DNA from: an uncultured Methanosarcinales archaeon
GTDB taxonomy: Archaea > Nanobdellota > Nanobdellia > Woesearchaeales > UBA10107
Assembly (NCBI GenBank): GCA_965231065.1
Contig: OZ246410.1
Coordinates: forward strand, 579,046-643,045
DNA length: 64,000 bases
Direction of reading: 5' to 3'
Each line of letters starts with the position of its first letter. Position 1 is the first letter of the stretch. The notes beneath the pieces are model-generated. The model was not told the origin of the DNA, searched no databases, and saw only the letters and a program-made list of their open reading frames with translations. The position numbers and the translations under genes are program-made. Positions 39,168 to 47,879 of the stretch are shown piece by piece.

Positions 39168-39677
39168 CTAGACACGCAAAATGACAACATTGGTCATCCC
39201 GCGTCTTTTCCGTTCAATAAGACCTTTGCCTTCGAGCCTGTCGAGAATCCGTGTGACTTTCACCTTGGTCATTCCTGTTTTATCCGCCAATTCTGACTGC
39301 ATGACAGAACCCTGAGAATCGACGACCGCAGAAAGAATCGATTTCTCATCAGTATGCAATCCATGCATGATCTTCTGGTAATTCTCCTTGGTGAGCCTCT
39401 TCGGCTGTAATTGTTCTTTGACCCTCATTATCTTAGTCACCAGTTTCTCCTCTTTGGAGAAGAATATCAGATAGAGACCGATGCAGACGACAAAGATTAG
39501 TAATATGATATTGATTTTAATTTGCTGATTCGCAATCTGTTCATGGGGACAGGCTGGTCCGACAAGAGGACATGTTCCCTCTGCCAGAGACAGTAATGCA
39601 GAGTGATATGAATAAATGGTAAATCCCATGAGAACGGCGATACTGATGACAAGGTATCCTGCAATCTTGTTTTTCAT
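39168..39677 (-). CDS. Membrane-tethered winged-helix (MarR/TrmB-like) regulator with extracytoplasmic CPx4CP loop
   Basis: TM1 aa 5-25, loop GTCPLVGPACPH, TM2 aa 53-75, cytoplasmic wHTH ELADKTGMTKVKVTRILDRLEGKGLIER. Confidence 0.6.
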   Translation of the reverse strand: MKNKIAGYLVISIAVLMGFTIYSYHSALLSLAEGTCPLVGPACPHEQIANQQIKINIILLIFVVCIGLYLIFFSKEEKLVTKIMRVKEQLQPKRLTKENYQKIMHGLHTDEKSILSAVVDSQGSVMQSELADKTGMTKVKVTRILDRLEGKGLIERKRRGMTNVVILRV

Positions 39678-39718
39678 ATTTGTATAACAGAGAAATACTT
39701 TATAAAACTATGGTGAAA

Positions 39719-40246
39719 CTAGTTTCTAAGAGCAAATCTCGTTCTTTTCCAACTTGTCTTTATGCGGAAAGAGATTATCAAAGAAGCAAGTATCAGCGCA
39801 TCGAGCAATAAACAGTACAGACAATACGTCCGCAGTATGAATGCCTGCACATAGATTAGAGAGATGCCGTATAATAAGGAGAATATCAATAATCCGCGAA
39901 TTGACCAGATCATGTGATTCGTATTGAATCTGCCGATATCCTTCTCGTGCCAGATATGCAATGCGCCGATCTTGATAAGTAAGAACACAACGATCGCCAT
40001 GATTGCCACAGGAATACCGATTGTGACAATAGGCACCGACAATCCAAGATCAACCGCTAAAAAATAAAATATGTTATCGACTGTTGCGTAGGGGCTTTGA
40101 GCAGCGATGCCACAATCGAAGTTCTTTCCGAATTTACAGAAAGAGAGCGGTGCTTTGGAATAATGTTCATACGTGATCAAAGAACTATCGACAATCGCCA
40201 AGAAAGATAGGACAAACAAGATAACCAATAATGTTTTTTTATTCAT
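39719..40246 (-). CDS. VKOR-family membrane protein, paralog 2
   Basis: Loop Cys pair CKFGKNFDCG. YCLYC active-site CxxC in the final TM. Confidence 0.65.
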   Translation of the reverse strand: MNKKTLLVILFVLSFLAIVDSSLITYEHYSKAPLSFCKFGKNFDCGIAAQSPYATVDNIFYFLAVDLGLSVPIVTIGIPVAIMAIVVFLLIKIGALHIWHEKDIGRFNTNHMIWSIRGLLIFSLLYGISLIYVQAFILRTYCLYCLLLDALILASLIISFRIKTSWKRTRFALRN

Positions 40247-40252
40247 GAGACC

Positions 40253-40618
40253 TCATTGGATCAGATCAAGACTACAGCCGCTTTTGTCGCTCAACTGGAT
40301 CATGGTAACCTCTCCCTCGATACGTGATCCATCCTTGAACATCCATGTTGGATAACTCGCGATCTTGTCCTGTTTGCAGATTGCGGTCTGGTCTGACTTA
40401 TCAGGTAATGAGCATTCGACGTAGTCGATATACTGGAAACTGCTGCCGAACATCTTCTTCTGTGCGTTGCAATGCGGACACCAGAATGCACCGTACATCT
40501 TGACGCCATTCTGAGTCAGGCATTTCGCAAAATCATCGAATTTACCGGCTTCTTGCACAGTAGCGCATGCTGCAAGAATCAACAATGATGCGACTATGAT
40601 TGAAAATGCTGCTTTCAT
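40253..40618 (-). CDS. Thioredoxin-like lipoprotein (VKOR partner)
   Basis: Signal peptide ending LAAC. WCPHC redox site. Confidence 0.7.
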   Translation of the reverse strand: MKAAFSIIVASLLILAACATVQEAGKFDDFAKCLTQNGVKMYGAFWCPHCNAQKKMFGSSFQYIDYVECSLPDKSDQTAICKQDKIASYPTWMFKDGSRIEGEVTMIQLSDKSGCSLDLIQ

Positions 40619-40649
40619 ACAGTAGCAGATGAAGAAACCATTTATATAG

Positions 40650-41036
40650 TTAACGAGAAACTGATTTCGTCTTCATGAATGGGTCGAGGACGTATTTGAA
40701 TCCAAAATAGAGGACAAATATCAGTATCAGAGCGTGAATCACTAAAAACCCCAATACAAATCCAAGCGGATATCCTTCGAGGTAATATCGCATCTGCAGA
40801 AGTATAGTAGTGACAGCTGTGACTATGAAGACGCGCGTCCATAGACTCTTCTTCTGAACAAACAAATAGGTGATGAACGCGATGATAGTGCCATAGATCT
40901 CCTTATTTCTGAAGTATCGCTCCGGAACGGAGTATGCAGGACTTAAACCATGGAACAAAAAATCAATGAAGTCAAAAATAAAGACCGCGGCAAGAAAGAA
41001 TAGAAATACCAAGAGATAGTTCTTATGCTGTTTCAT
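40650..41036 (-). CDS. Hypothetical membrane protein (128 aa)
   Basis: Four TM segments. Confidence 0.45.
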   Translation of the reverse strand: MKQHKNYLLVFLFFLAAVFIFDFIDFLFHGLSPAYSVPERYFRNKEIYGTIIAFITYLFVQKKSLWTRVFIVTAVTTILLQMRYYLEGYPLGFVLGFLVIHALILIFVLYFGFKYVLDPFMKTKSVSR

Positions 41037-41084
41037 ATGCTGACAGTATAATGTGATGTTTAAAAATGTATGTGTAGAGAATAG

Positions 41085-41252
41085 TTACTCCTTCTCTTTC
41101 AGCGTGAGAGATTTCTTCGCAATCTCAAGGTTGCAAGTATGATGTTCTGTGCACCAGGTCTCGCAGATATGTGCTTCATCTTCATTCTCATAGATGAGAC
41201 CGCACATCTCACAGGCGAAGCAGACTTTATTCTTATATTTAGTCTTCTTCAT
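41085..41252 (-). CDS. Unlisted small Cys/His-rich protein (55 aa)
   Basis: Hand translation MKKTKYKNKVCFACEMCGLIYENEDEAHICETWCTEHHTCNLEIAKKSLTLKEKE: intact ATG-to-TAA. Six Cys and three His. Two nt downstream of doxX. Absent from the ORF track only because it is under 60 aa. Confidence 0.4.
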   Translation of the reverse strand: MKKTKYKNKVCFACEMCGLIYENEDEAHICETWCTEHHTCNLEIAKKSLTLKEKE

Positions 41253-41254
41253 CG

Positions 41255-41638
41255 TTATTTCTGCAGACAGTACTTATCAGGACCATGTAGAAATACTGAG
41301 AACGCAGCGATGGCAAGGATGATATCTCTTATAGCAACATCATTGTAACCAAGACTTATCCCTATCCCTGCAATATGCAGGAACGTAATGAATGCAGCAA
41401 TTCTTGTAAAGAATCCAAGCAATAAAGCAAGACCAAGGATGACTTCAAAGATACCGTTGTATACCATGAACTGCAATGGCGGAATAGGCAAGAGATTCGC
41501 TGTTGATGAAGATAAATATCCTACCAATCGATCAGGCGTGAATATGTTGGTAAATCCAAACCATAACAACAGAAGAGCGATTCCGATGCGCAGCACCACG
41601 GGTGCTTTTGCTTTGTAACGATCTATGTCCATCACCAT
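41255..41638 (-). CDS. DoxX-family membrane protein
   Basis: LRIGIALLLLWFG motif. Four TM segments. Confidence 0.65.
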   Translation of the reverse strand: MVMDIDRYKAKAPVVLRIGIALLLLWFGFTNIFTPDRLVGYLSSSTANLLPIPPLQFMVYNGIFEVILGLALLLGFFTRIAAFITFLHIAGIGISLGYNDVAIRDIILAIAAFSVFLHGPDKYCLQK

Positions 41639-41758
41639 GTGAATATAAGAAATACTCTATTTAAACTTTATCAAGTTCACTGTTTTAGTATGATCTAAAT
41701 GTTATGAGAAAGATTTAAAAAGCAAGGCATATTCACAAAATACAAAGGGGGATATTTT

Positions 41759-42454
41759 ATGGCAGAAACGATAACGATACAGAAAGATACAATATGGAAA
41801 GTCGCAACAGCGATTCTTGCAGTGGTTGTTTTGGCATTATTGCTCAATAAAGGAAGCACCGCACCAGCAGCGGCACCAAGCGCAGGCGACAATCAGCCAC
41901 CGGTAGTCAATGTTGATATGAAGACATTATCTGATGACGATCCATTCGTAGGCAACGCAAATTCAAAAGTTACCATCGTAGAATTCTCAGATTTCCAATG
42001 CCCATTCTGTAAGGCATTCTTCCAGCAGACAGAAGGACAGATCATAACTAATTATGTGAAGACGGGTAAAGTCAAATTCGTATACCGAGACTTCCCCTTG
42101 AGTTTCCACGTGAATGCTGAAAAAGCAGCAGAAGCAGCTAACTGTGCGAATAAACAAGGAAAGTACTGGGAGATGCATGATAAGATATTCCAGGCATCAC
42201 AGGCTGACGGCACCGGTATCGCACCAGATGATCTGAAGAAGATCGCTGCAGGTGTGAGCGGCATAGATACTGCGAAGTTCAACGCATGCTTAGATTCAGG
42301 CGAGACAGCAGCAGAGATAGCGAAAGATGAGAAAGACGGCATGGCAGTCGGCATCCAGGGAACACCAGGCTTCATCGTGAATGGAGTTGTTATCTCAGGA
42401 GCACAGCCATATTCGGTATTCCAGCAGGTCATCGAAGCAGCATTGAAGGCTTAG
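41759..42454 (+). CDS. DsbA-like thiol:disulfide oxidoreductase, membrane anchored
   Basis: N-terminal TM. FSDFQCPFCKAFF active site. GGGGG-type Shine-Dalgarno upstream. Confidence 0.8.
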   Translation: MAETITIQKDTIWKVATAILAVVVLALLLNKGSTAPAAAPSAGDNQPPVVNVDMKTLSDDDPFVGNANSKVTIVEFSDFQCPFCKAFFQQTEGQIITNYVKTGKVKFVYRDFPLSFHVNAEKAAEAANCANKQGKYWEMHDKIFQASQADGTGIAPDDLKKIAAGVSGIDTAKFNACLDSGETAAEIAKDEKDGMAVGIQGTPGFIVNGVVISGAQPYSVFQQVIEAALKA

Positions 42455-42588
42455 ATCAAGCCTTTCTTTTTTATTATTTTTAGCAATAACATTTATAAAA
42501 GAAAGCCACAATAATAGCTATAAACACAAGAGGTGTGCAATATGCCAGGAAAGAAAAAAGCAAAGGTAATGAAAAAATCAGCGAATGT

Positions 42589-43386
42589 ATGCGAATACTG
42601 CTGAAGATGAAGATCTTTTATTCTGTTATTTTAACATTATTATTAGTTTCTCCTACAGTACTTGCCCACGAAGGCATTGATGATGTTATTCGAAGCAATT
42701 CAATCATGTATTTGTTGATTGCTGCGAGCATCACTCTCTTTTTTGTGATATACGCAATCGAAGCGCAGCATCATTCAGGATTCACCAACAAAAAGAAATT
42801 GATCCTGTTCTTAGGGATTGTAATTCCAGTAATAACAACGACCGCATATCTGGTGACTGCCACTATCTATCTTAATTCAATATCGACATCAGGCGGACCG
42901 GTGCACTGGCATGCTGACTTCGAGATCTATGGCTGTTATGATAAAATCAATCTTATCTCGCCGAAAGGATTATCAAACAGAGTGGGAACATCAGTATTCC
43001 ATACACACGGCGACAACCGTATCCATGTAGAAGGAGTTGTTGAAAATCCACAGGATATTTCACTGCATAATTTTTTCGATGTAGTAGGCGGATCACTGAC
43101 CAAAGATGAGCTCATTGTACCTGCTGACAAGTATGTAGTGAAATTCCACAACAGAGACCGATGCGACGGCGGACCGGGAATGGTGCAGGTATTTGCCTAC
43201 ACAACAAAGGATGGAAAAGCAATCCAGAAAAAGGTTGATGAAAATTATATATTGTCTCCTTACACTAATGTTCCGCCAGGTGACTGCATCATTGTTGAAT
43301 TTAGTCCAGAAAAGACTACGACAAAGCATATGTGCGAAACATACCGCATAGCGATTGAAAAGGGTGATCTCTCCTATGGCGGTTGA
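42589..43386 (+). CDS. Secreted/membrane protein with His-rich metal-binding-like motifs
   Basis: Signal peptide. HWHADFEIYGC and FHTHGDNRIHVEG motifs. C-terminal Cys pairs. Start uncertain (42535, 42589 or 42607). Confidence 0.5.
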   Translation: MRILLKMKIFYSVILTLLLVSPTVLAHEGIDDVIRSNSIMYLLIAASITLFFVIYAIEAQHHSGFTNKKKLILFLGIVIPVITTTAYLVTATIYLNSISTSGGPVHWHADFEIYGCYDKINLISPKGLSNRVGTSVFHTHGDNRIHVEGVVENPQDISLHNFFDVVGGSLTKDELIVPADKYVVKFHNRDRCDGGPGMVQVFAYTTKDGKAIQKKVDENYILSPYTNVPPGDCIIVEFSPEKTTTKHMCETYRIAIEKGDLSYGG

Positions 43387-44086
43387 AGCATTTCTGCCAA
43401 CAATCGGCGTCATCCTGACTTCAGGAGCCATTGATTCGATCAATCCCTGCGCGATCGGTGTATTGATCCTGATGATCTCAGTACTGATGGCATCGAAACA
43501 GTCTGCAAAACGGATGCTGCTCCTTGGTTCGCTCTATATATTTGCGATATTCGCGACGTATCTCGCTGCGGGACTGGGATTGATCTATCTATTCTCGAGA
43601 ATCCCGCTCATCGTCACTGAATATCTCTCTATCATCGTCGGCAGCTTCATCATCTTTGCCGGTATCCTGGAAGTGAAAGACTTCTTCTGGTATGGTAAAG
43701 GGTTTTCACTGACAATTCCAGCAACAGCAGCGAAGAAACTCGACCAGTATGCGTCAAAGACAACGATACCCGGCGTCTTGATGCTTGGCGCATTCGTAGC
43801 AGGTGTTGAACTGCCCTGTACTGGTGCTCCGTATCTCGCAATCACGACCTTATTATCACAATACTTCGATTTCAAAGCATTATTGTTGTTAATCTTATAT
43901 AATATCATCTATGTACTACCGTTACTGATCATCTTGTTCATGGTCGCTGCCGGCGTTGAATTATATAAAGTAAAGAAATGGAAGCAAGAATCACGGGGAA
44001 CTATGAGATTAGCGATTGGATTATCCTTATTCGCGTTAGGATGGTTGCTCATCCTCATCGCGAACGGCATCATCAACTTCGGGTGA
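43376..44086 (+). CDS. CcdA/DsbD-beta family transmembrane disulfide-reductant transporter
   Basis: TM1 INPCAIGVL and TM4 LPCTGAPYL cysteines typical of the CcdA family. Confidence 0.7.
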   Translation: MAVEAFLPTIGVILTSGAIDSINPCAIGVLILMISVLMASKQSAKRMLLLGSLYIFAIFATYLAAGLGLIYLFSRIPLIVTEYLSIIVGSFIIFAGILEVKDFFWYGKGFSLTIPATAAKKLDQYASKTTIPGVLMLGAFVAGVELPCTGAPYLAITTLLSQYFDFKALLLLILYNIIYVLPLLIILFMVAAGVELYKVKKWKQESRGTMRLAIGLSLFALGWLLILIANGIINFG

Positions 44087-44090
44087 AACT

Positions 44091-44396
44091 ATGAAGAAAG
44101 CAGAAATAAAAAAAGAGATGACGTGCAAGCATTGCATTGTCAAACGGAAAGGACACAGCGAAGAGTTCGACGAGCGAAAGGTCTATTCGTCATGCTACGA
44201 AGCATGTCTCGCAGCAAGCATGACGCATGCAGAAGCCGAGAAGATATGCGACAAGGTCGCAAAAGAGATTCGTATGTGGGCCCATAAGAAGATCATGATG
44301 ACATCAGAAGAGATCTTCAAGAAAACTGTCAATGCAATCAGAAAGTATAGCGAGAAAGCCGCATATATGTATGAGACGCACCGAGATGTCTCTTAA
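44091..44396 (+). CDS. Stand-alone ATP-cone domain protein (101 aa)
   Basis: CIVKRKGHSEEFDERKV ... EIFKKTVNAIRKY fits the ATP-cone consensus (V-KR-G-x-E-F). Confidence 0.6.
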   Translation: MKKAEIKKEMTCKHCIVKRKGHSEEFDERKVYSSCYEACLAASMTHAEAEKICDKVAKEIRMWAHKKIMMTSEEIFKKTVNAIRKYSEKAAYMYETHRDVS

Positions 44397-47305
44397 TAAT
44401 CCAGTTCCTTGAACAGAGAACCCTGTACTTCTTTGACCGGCGCTGCTAATGAATCAGCACCAAAGAATTCAGCTGCTTTTTTCTTATGGCGCGCCATATA
44501 CATATCCCAGTCTGGATCTAATTCTGACAATGGCATGATGTAGATCGGTTTCAATTCACGCTGTTTTTTCTTTCGATCATAAACAGACTCAAAAACAAAC
44601 GGTCTGTGTGTAGCAATATCGGATGCCATGATGATATCAAAATCCTTCTTGGTTCTATATTTCTCCTTCAGATGTTTTTCCAGATCGACATCAGGAGTAT
44701 AGAATCGTATCTGTTTACCATTTTCATACCCAGTGTACCAATCCTGTGATTTGGTGTGACGCACTAATTTCTCATTGGAAAGCTTCTGTTCAAGTAATAA
44801 GCGTGATTGTTTCTCCATAGTGTCCTGAGCGTTCTCAAAACTATGCTGCAACGCATTCTTGATGAAATCACCATAGGTCTCCATCTCGAATGTGCTGAGC
44901 AGATGCTGCGGATGATCTAGGATCTTGATGCCTTTGTAGAAGCCGTGTCTCTCGTAGAATATGCGTTCTTCGCCATCATCACGTTCATTGCCGATCAAAG
45001 CACGGCCGATGAAATCAGCGAAGACGACAGGCGGATTCTCTGTCCAGATCTTATCATCGATGCCTAGTTCATGTTTCTTATGTGCCTGACTGAACTGCTC
45101 AGGAGTTCCGCCGGTGAAATAGAGATACGGTCCTTTTTGGTGGATGATCTTGAGCTTGTTATCGTTTGCAAATTGATAGATGCGATAGGCAAGTTTATCC
45201 AATGCAGTCGCGATGCTGACGTCATCGACATTGTAATTTCCCCAGAGACGGTTCTTCCGTTTACCGATGTTCTCTTCAAGTTTCGCGAGAGAACTTCGCA
45301 GCTCTTTCAATTTCTTTGGATTATCCTGATTCTTCAATGATTTTTCGATGCGATCCTTCTGTTTCTCCATGAGTTTCAGTCCTGCATAATCAGTAATCAT
45401 GAAATCAGCGATGGCGTTCTCATATTTCGCAAGGAATAGTTTTTCATCGCTCGTCCAATGATCTCGCGAGGAATCGGGTTTCTTATCGAATAACTGCGAT
45501 GATTCAGGGAATCGCTTTGCGATGAGATCACGCAGACACGCTCCAAATGGTATGTATGCTTTGATCACATTGCCATAGACACCGATCTTGTGCTCTTTGA
45601 TCGCAGGACTTATCGAGACAGCATCTTCGACCAGATCTTCGATATGATCCCTGAAATGAGACTTCGCTGCGGTACGCTGTTTGGTAAGAGATTTTGTCAG
45701 TAAATAAACATCATCTCGGTGGATACCTAATACGTTATGGAATCGTGCCTTCTGTATCGCATTGATAGCGCTCGGAGAATGCAGCAGACTCGCCAAAGGA
45801 ACATTGAAGTCTCTCGCAAGCTCTGTCGCGATCTTGAAGGTAGATCGGAACTCATTCGAATTGAATATGTCAAGAAGGACATTGACATCATGCGAAAGAT
45901 AGGTCGCTATCGTCTGCGCAGATTCTTTTTGTATCGGATTTGATCCGTCTCTTGCGATATTCTCCAGATCCTCCAACTGTTCATATGAGATACTCTTCTT
46001 GAACCGTTCATCGCCGAGGATGTGCTTAGCGACCATCTCCAATTTCTGATTCGGCAGATAATCAAATGCCGCTTGTGCCCATCGCAGAAGATCGATGACA
46101 GATCTACCCTGGATACCGACACGCTCGAAGAACTTTAACGTGACTTCTGTCCTCGGCTCTGTATGCGCTGCGCCGATATCGAACTTATTTTTAGATTTAC
46201 GTCGTGATTCACGCAGTTTGAGGATGTCGAATTTTGCATTGTAAGGTGAGATGATGAAAGGATTTTCTTTCTGAATCGAATGCTGTACTCCTTCAGCGAG
46301 CTGTTCTTCGGTATCATATCTGTGGATCGAGTATCCCTCGTGAATCTGAGCACCGACATCACTGAGCGTATGCATCTCTTTTGTGACTGTTCCCTTGTGA
46401 TTGTATGCAAGACCGACCCAGCTCACTTCGTCGTTGGTCTTGAATCGAGGGACTTCGATGTCAAGGAAAAGCCACTTCTGATCCATCAGTTCAGGATAGG
46501 ACAGCTGTCTCGGACTCTTCATGTGATTGGATGAAAGCACAAGATCAAGTGTTCTTCTCTTGCTGTCTCTGACTGCGTGCTTGCTGAATTGTTTGTAGAC
46601 ATCATGGAGTTCTTTTCTTTTTTCTATGATTGACTCAGGAAGTGATCGTGTCAACGGATGTGTCGTGAGCTTGCTTTGTTTTCTTTCAAAGAATAGTTCA
46701 TTGAGTGCATTGAATGATGCAGTAGCACGGCTCTTGGATTTTATTTCTTGCGACAGAGAATTCCTGAGATCCAACATCCCATCATCGAACTGTGTCTTCA
46801 ATGAAAGTAAGTGTGCTGTCTGTTCATCGAGTTCGACTTTTGTGACGGGGTTCGCAATTATTCTTCGCGCTTGCTCTGTATAGCGTGGATCACAGAGATA
46901 GGACGCGACTGATGTTTTTTTGAAGGAGATATGTGAAAGTGTTTCCTTCAGATCAGCAGTGCCTTTCAGTTGTATGACTTCATACGGACCGCCATGGATC
47001 GTCAACTTTGGATGCTTTTTCCTGAGTTCAAGAAGCAGCTTCTGTTTTTCCTGTTTGCGTTCTTTTTCTTCCGGCGAATCAAATTTGCTGCTGGTGAAGT
47101 TCGTGTAGATATCGATCGGAATATCTTTCAATTCTTCTGACGCCATCATGGTCTGAAGCAATTGCAGAGAGATATTCTCAGAAAGTGCGCGTGTATTGAA
47201 GACATAGGGAATAGCGGTCTCGAACGTACCGAGATCATGTACTGTGACAGAAGCACGTCCTTTATGGAACCGATGCCGTACATCCGAGATTATAGCTTCA
47301 AGCAT
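44393..47305 (-). CDS. Large DEDDy 3'-5' exonuclease-domain protein (970 aa) with an unrecognised C-terminal half of about 500 aa
   Basis: Exo I WLFLDIEV, Exo II YNAKFDILKL, Exo III YLSHDVNVLLDIF in the correct order and spacing. No DxxSLYPS, KxxxNSxYG or YGDTDS. No P-loop. Confidence 0.75.
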   Translation of the reverse strand: MLEAIISDVRHRFHKGRASVTVHDLGTFETAIPYVFNTRALSENISLQLLQTMMASEELKDIPIDIYTNFTSSKFDSPEEKERKQEKQKLLLELRKKHPKLTIHGGPYEVIQLKGTADLKETLSHISFKKTSVASYLCDPRYTEQARRIIANPVTKVELDEQTAHLLSLKTQFDDGMLDLRNSLSQEIKSKSRATASFNALNELFFERKQSKLTTHPLTRSLPESIIEKRKELHDVYKQFSKHAVRDSKRRTLDLVLSSNHMKSPRQLSYPELMDQKWLFLDIEVPRFKTNDEVSWVGLAYNHKGTVTKEMHTLSDVGAQIHEGYSIHRYDTEEQLAEGVQHSIQKENPFIISPYNAKFDILKLRESRRKSKNKFDIGAAHTEPRTEVTLKFFERVGIQGRSVIDLLRWAQAAFDYLPNQKLEMVAKHILGDERFKKSISYEQLEDLENIARDGSNPIQKESAQTIATYLSHDVNVLLDIFNSNEFRSTFKIATELARDFNVPLASLLHSPSAINAIQKARFHNVLGIHRDDVYLLTKSLTKQRTAAKSHFRDHIEDLVEDAVSISPAIKEHKIGVYGNVIKAYIPFGACLRDLIAKRFPESSQLFDKKPDSSRDHWTSDEKLFLAKYENAIADFMITDYAGLKLMEKQKDRIEKSLKNQDNPKKLKELRSSLAKLEENIGKRKNRLWGNYNVDDVSIATALDKLAYRIYQFANDNKLKIIHQKGPYLYFTGGTPEQFSQAHKKHELGIDDKIWTENPPVVFADFIGRALIGNERDDGEERIFYERHGFYKGIKILDHPQHLLSTFEMETYGDFIKNALQHSFENAQDTMEKQSRLLLEQKLSNEKLVRHTKSQDWYTGYENGKQIRFYTPDVDLEKHLKEKYRTKKDFDIIMASDIATHRPFVFESVYDRKKKQRELKPIYIMPLSELDPDWDMYMARHKKKAAEFFGADSLAAPVKEVQGSLFKELDY

Positions 47306-47353
47306 GCAAGATGCAACAAAGAACCATTAATAAAGCTTATTGACTTGAGATAC

Positions 47354-47689
47354 CTATTGTGAGACGAATTTCTGCAGTCTGTCCTCAAGCACTTTTTGTT
47401 CGCCTTTCGACAAGAGATGAAATTCGTGCGAGAAATCTGCCAGCATGTCGGCAGCATCCAGAAGTCCAATAAGACCTTTATTTCCTTCACTTTTTACAGC
47501 TAAATAGAACTTTCTTGCGCGGGGTGACGATAAGTGCTGTGCAAAATCAATATAGGCATCCATCGCTTCTGTCTCTCGGAGCTTAGGAACAAGAAGTCCA
47601 TCATACTTCACAAAGAGAGCATATGCATCCTCGGTCTTTCCTTTATTGATAGCATTATTGAACTTAGATACATATAGTGGTCGTGTCAT
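47354..47689 (-). CDS. Hypothetical protein (111 aa), immediately upstream of and co-directional with the exonuclease gene
   Basis: ORF. TTTAAATA box upstream on the minus strand. Confidence 0.5.
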   Translation of the reverse strand: MTRPLYVSKFNNAINKGKTEDAYALFVKYDGLLVPKLRETEAMDAYIDFAQHLSSPRARKFYLAVKSEGNKGLIGLLDAADMLADFSHEFHLLSKGEQKVLEDRLQKFVSQ

Positions 47690-47879
47690 AAACCTTCGGA
47701 CATATTACCCATTTATAAGCCTTTGCCAAATATATTTAAACAACTGCTTTTAAAGTGATTGTATGAACCCAGGCAATCTTTTCGATACCGTACGCGCATC
47801 AGGCAGTTAGAGTTCTATTTCTTAATCATATCAGTTAAACGTTGTTTAGACAAAAATCAGACTCAGTGAGGTTACTATC

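Noticed and set aside
42535-42588. Upstream start of the His-rich secreted protein, and the listed long N-termini of the 31735..34752, 51108..51944, 56628..57200 and 59108..59989 ORFs
   Set aside because: The extra N-terminal residues overlap neighbouring genes or RNA and precede obvious signal peptides or conserved N-termini. Internal Met starts adopted.
44393-47305. Calling the 970-aa protein a family-B DNA polymerase
   Set aside because: Only the exonuclease motifs are present. No DxxSLYPS, KxxxNSxYG, YGDTDS or KxY could be found, so it is recorded as a DEDDy exonuclease-domain protein of unknown function.
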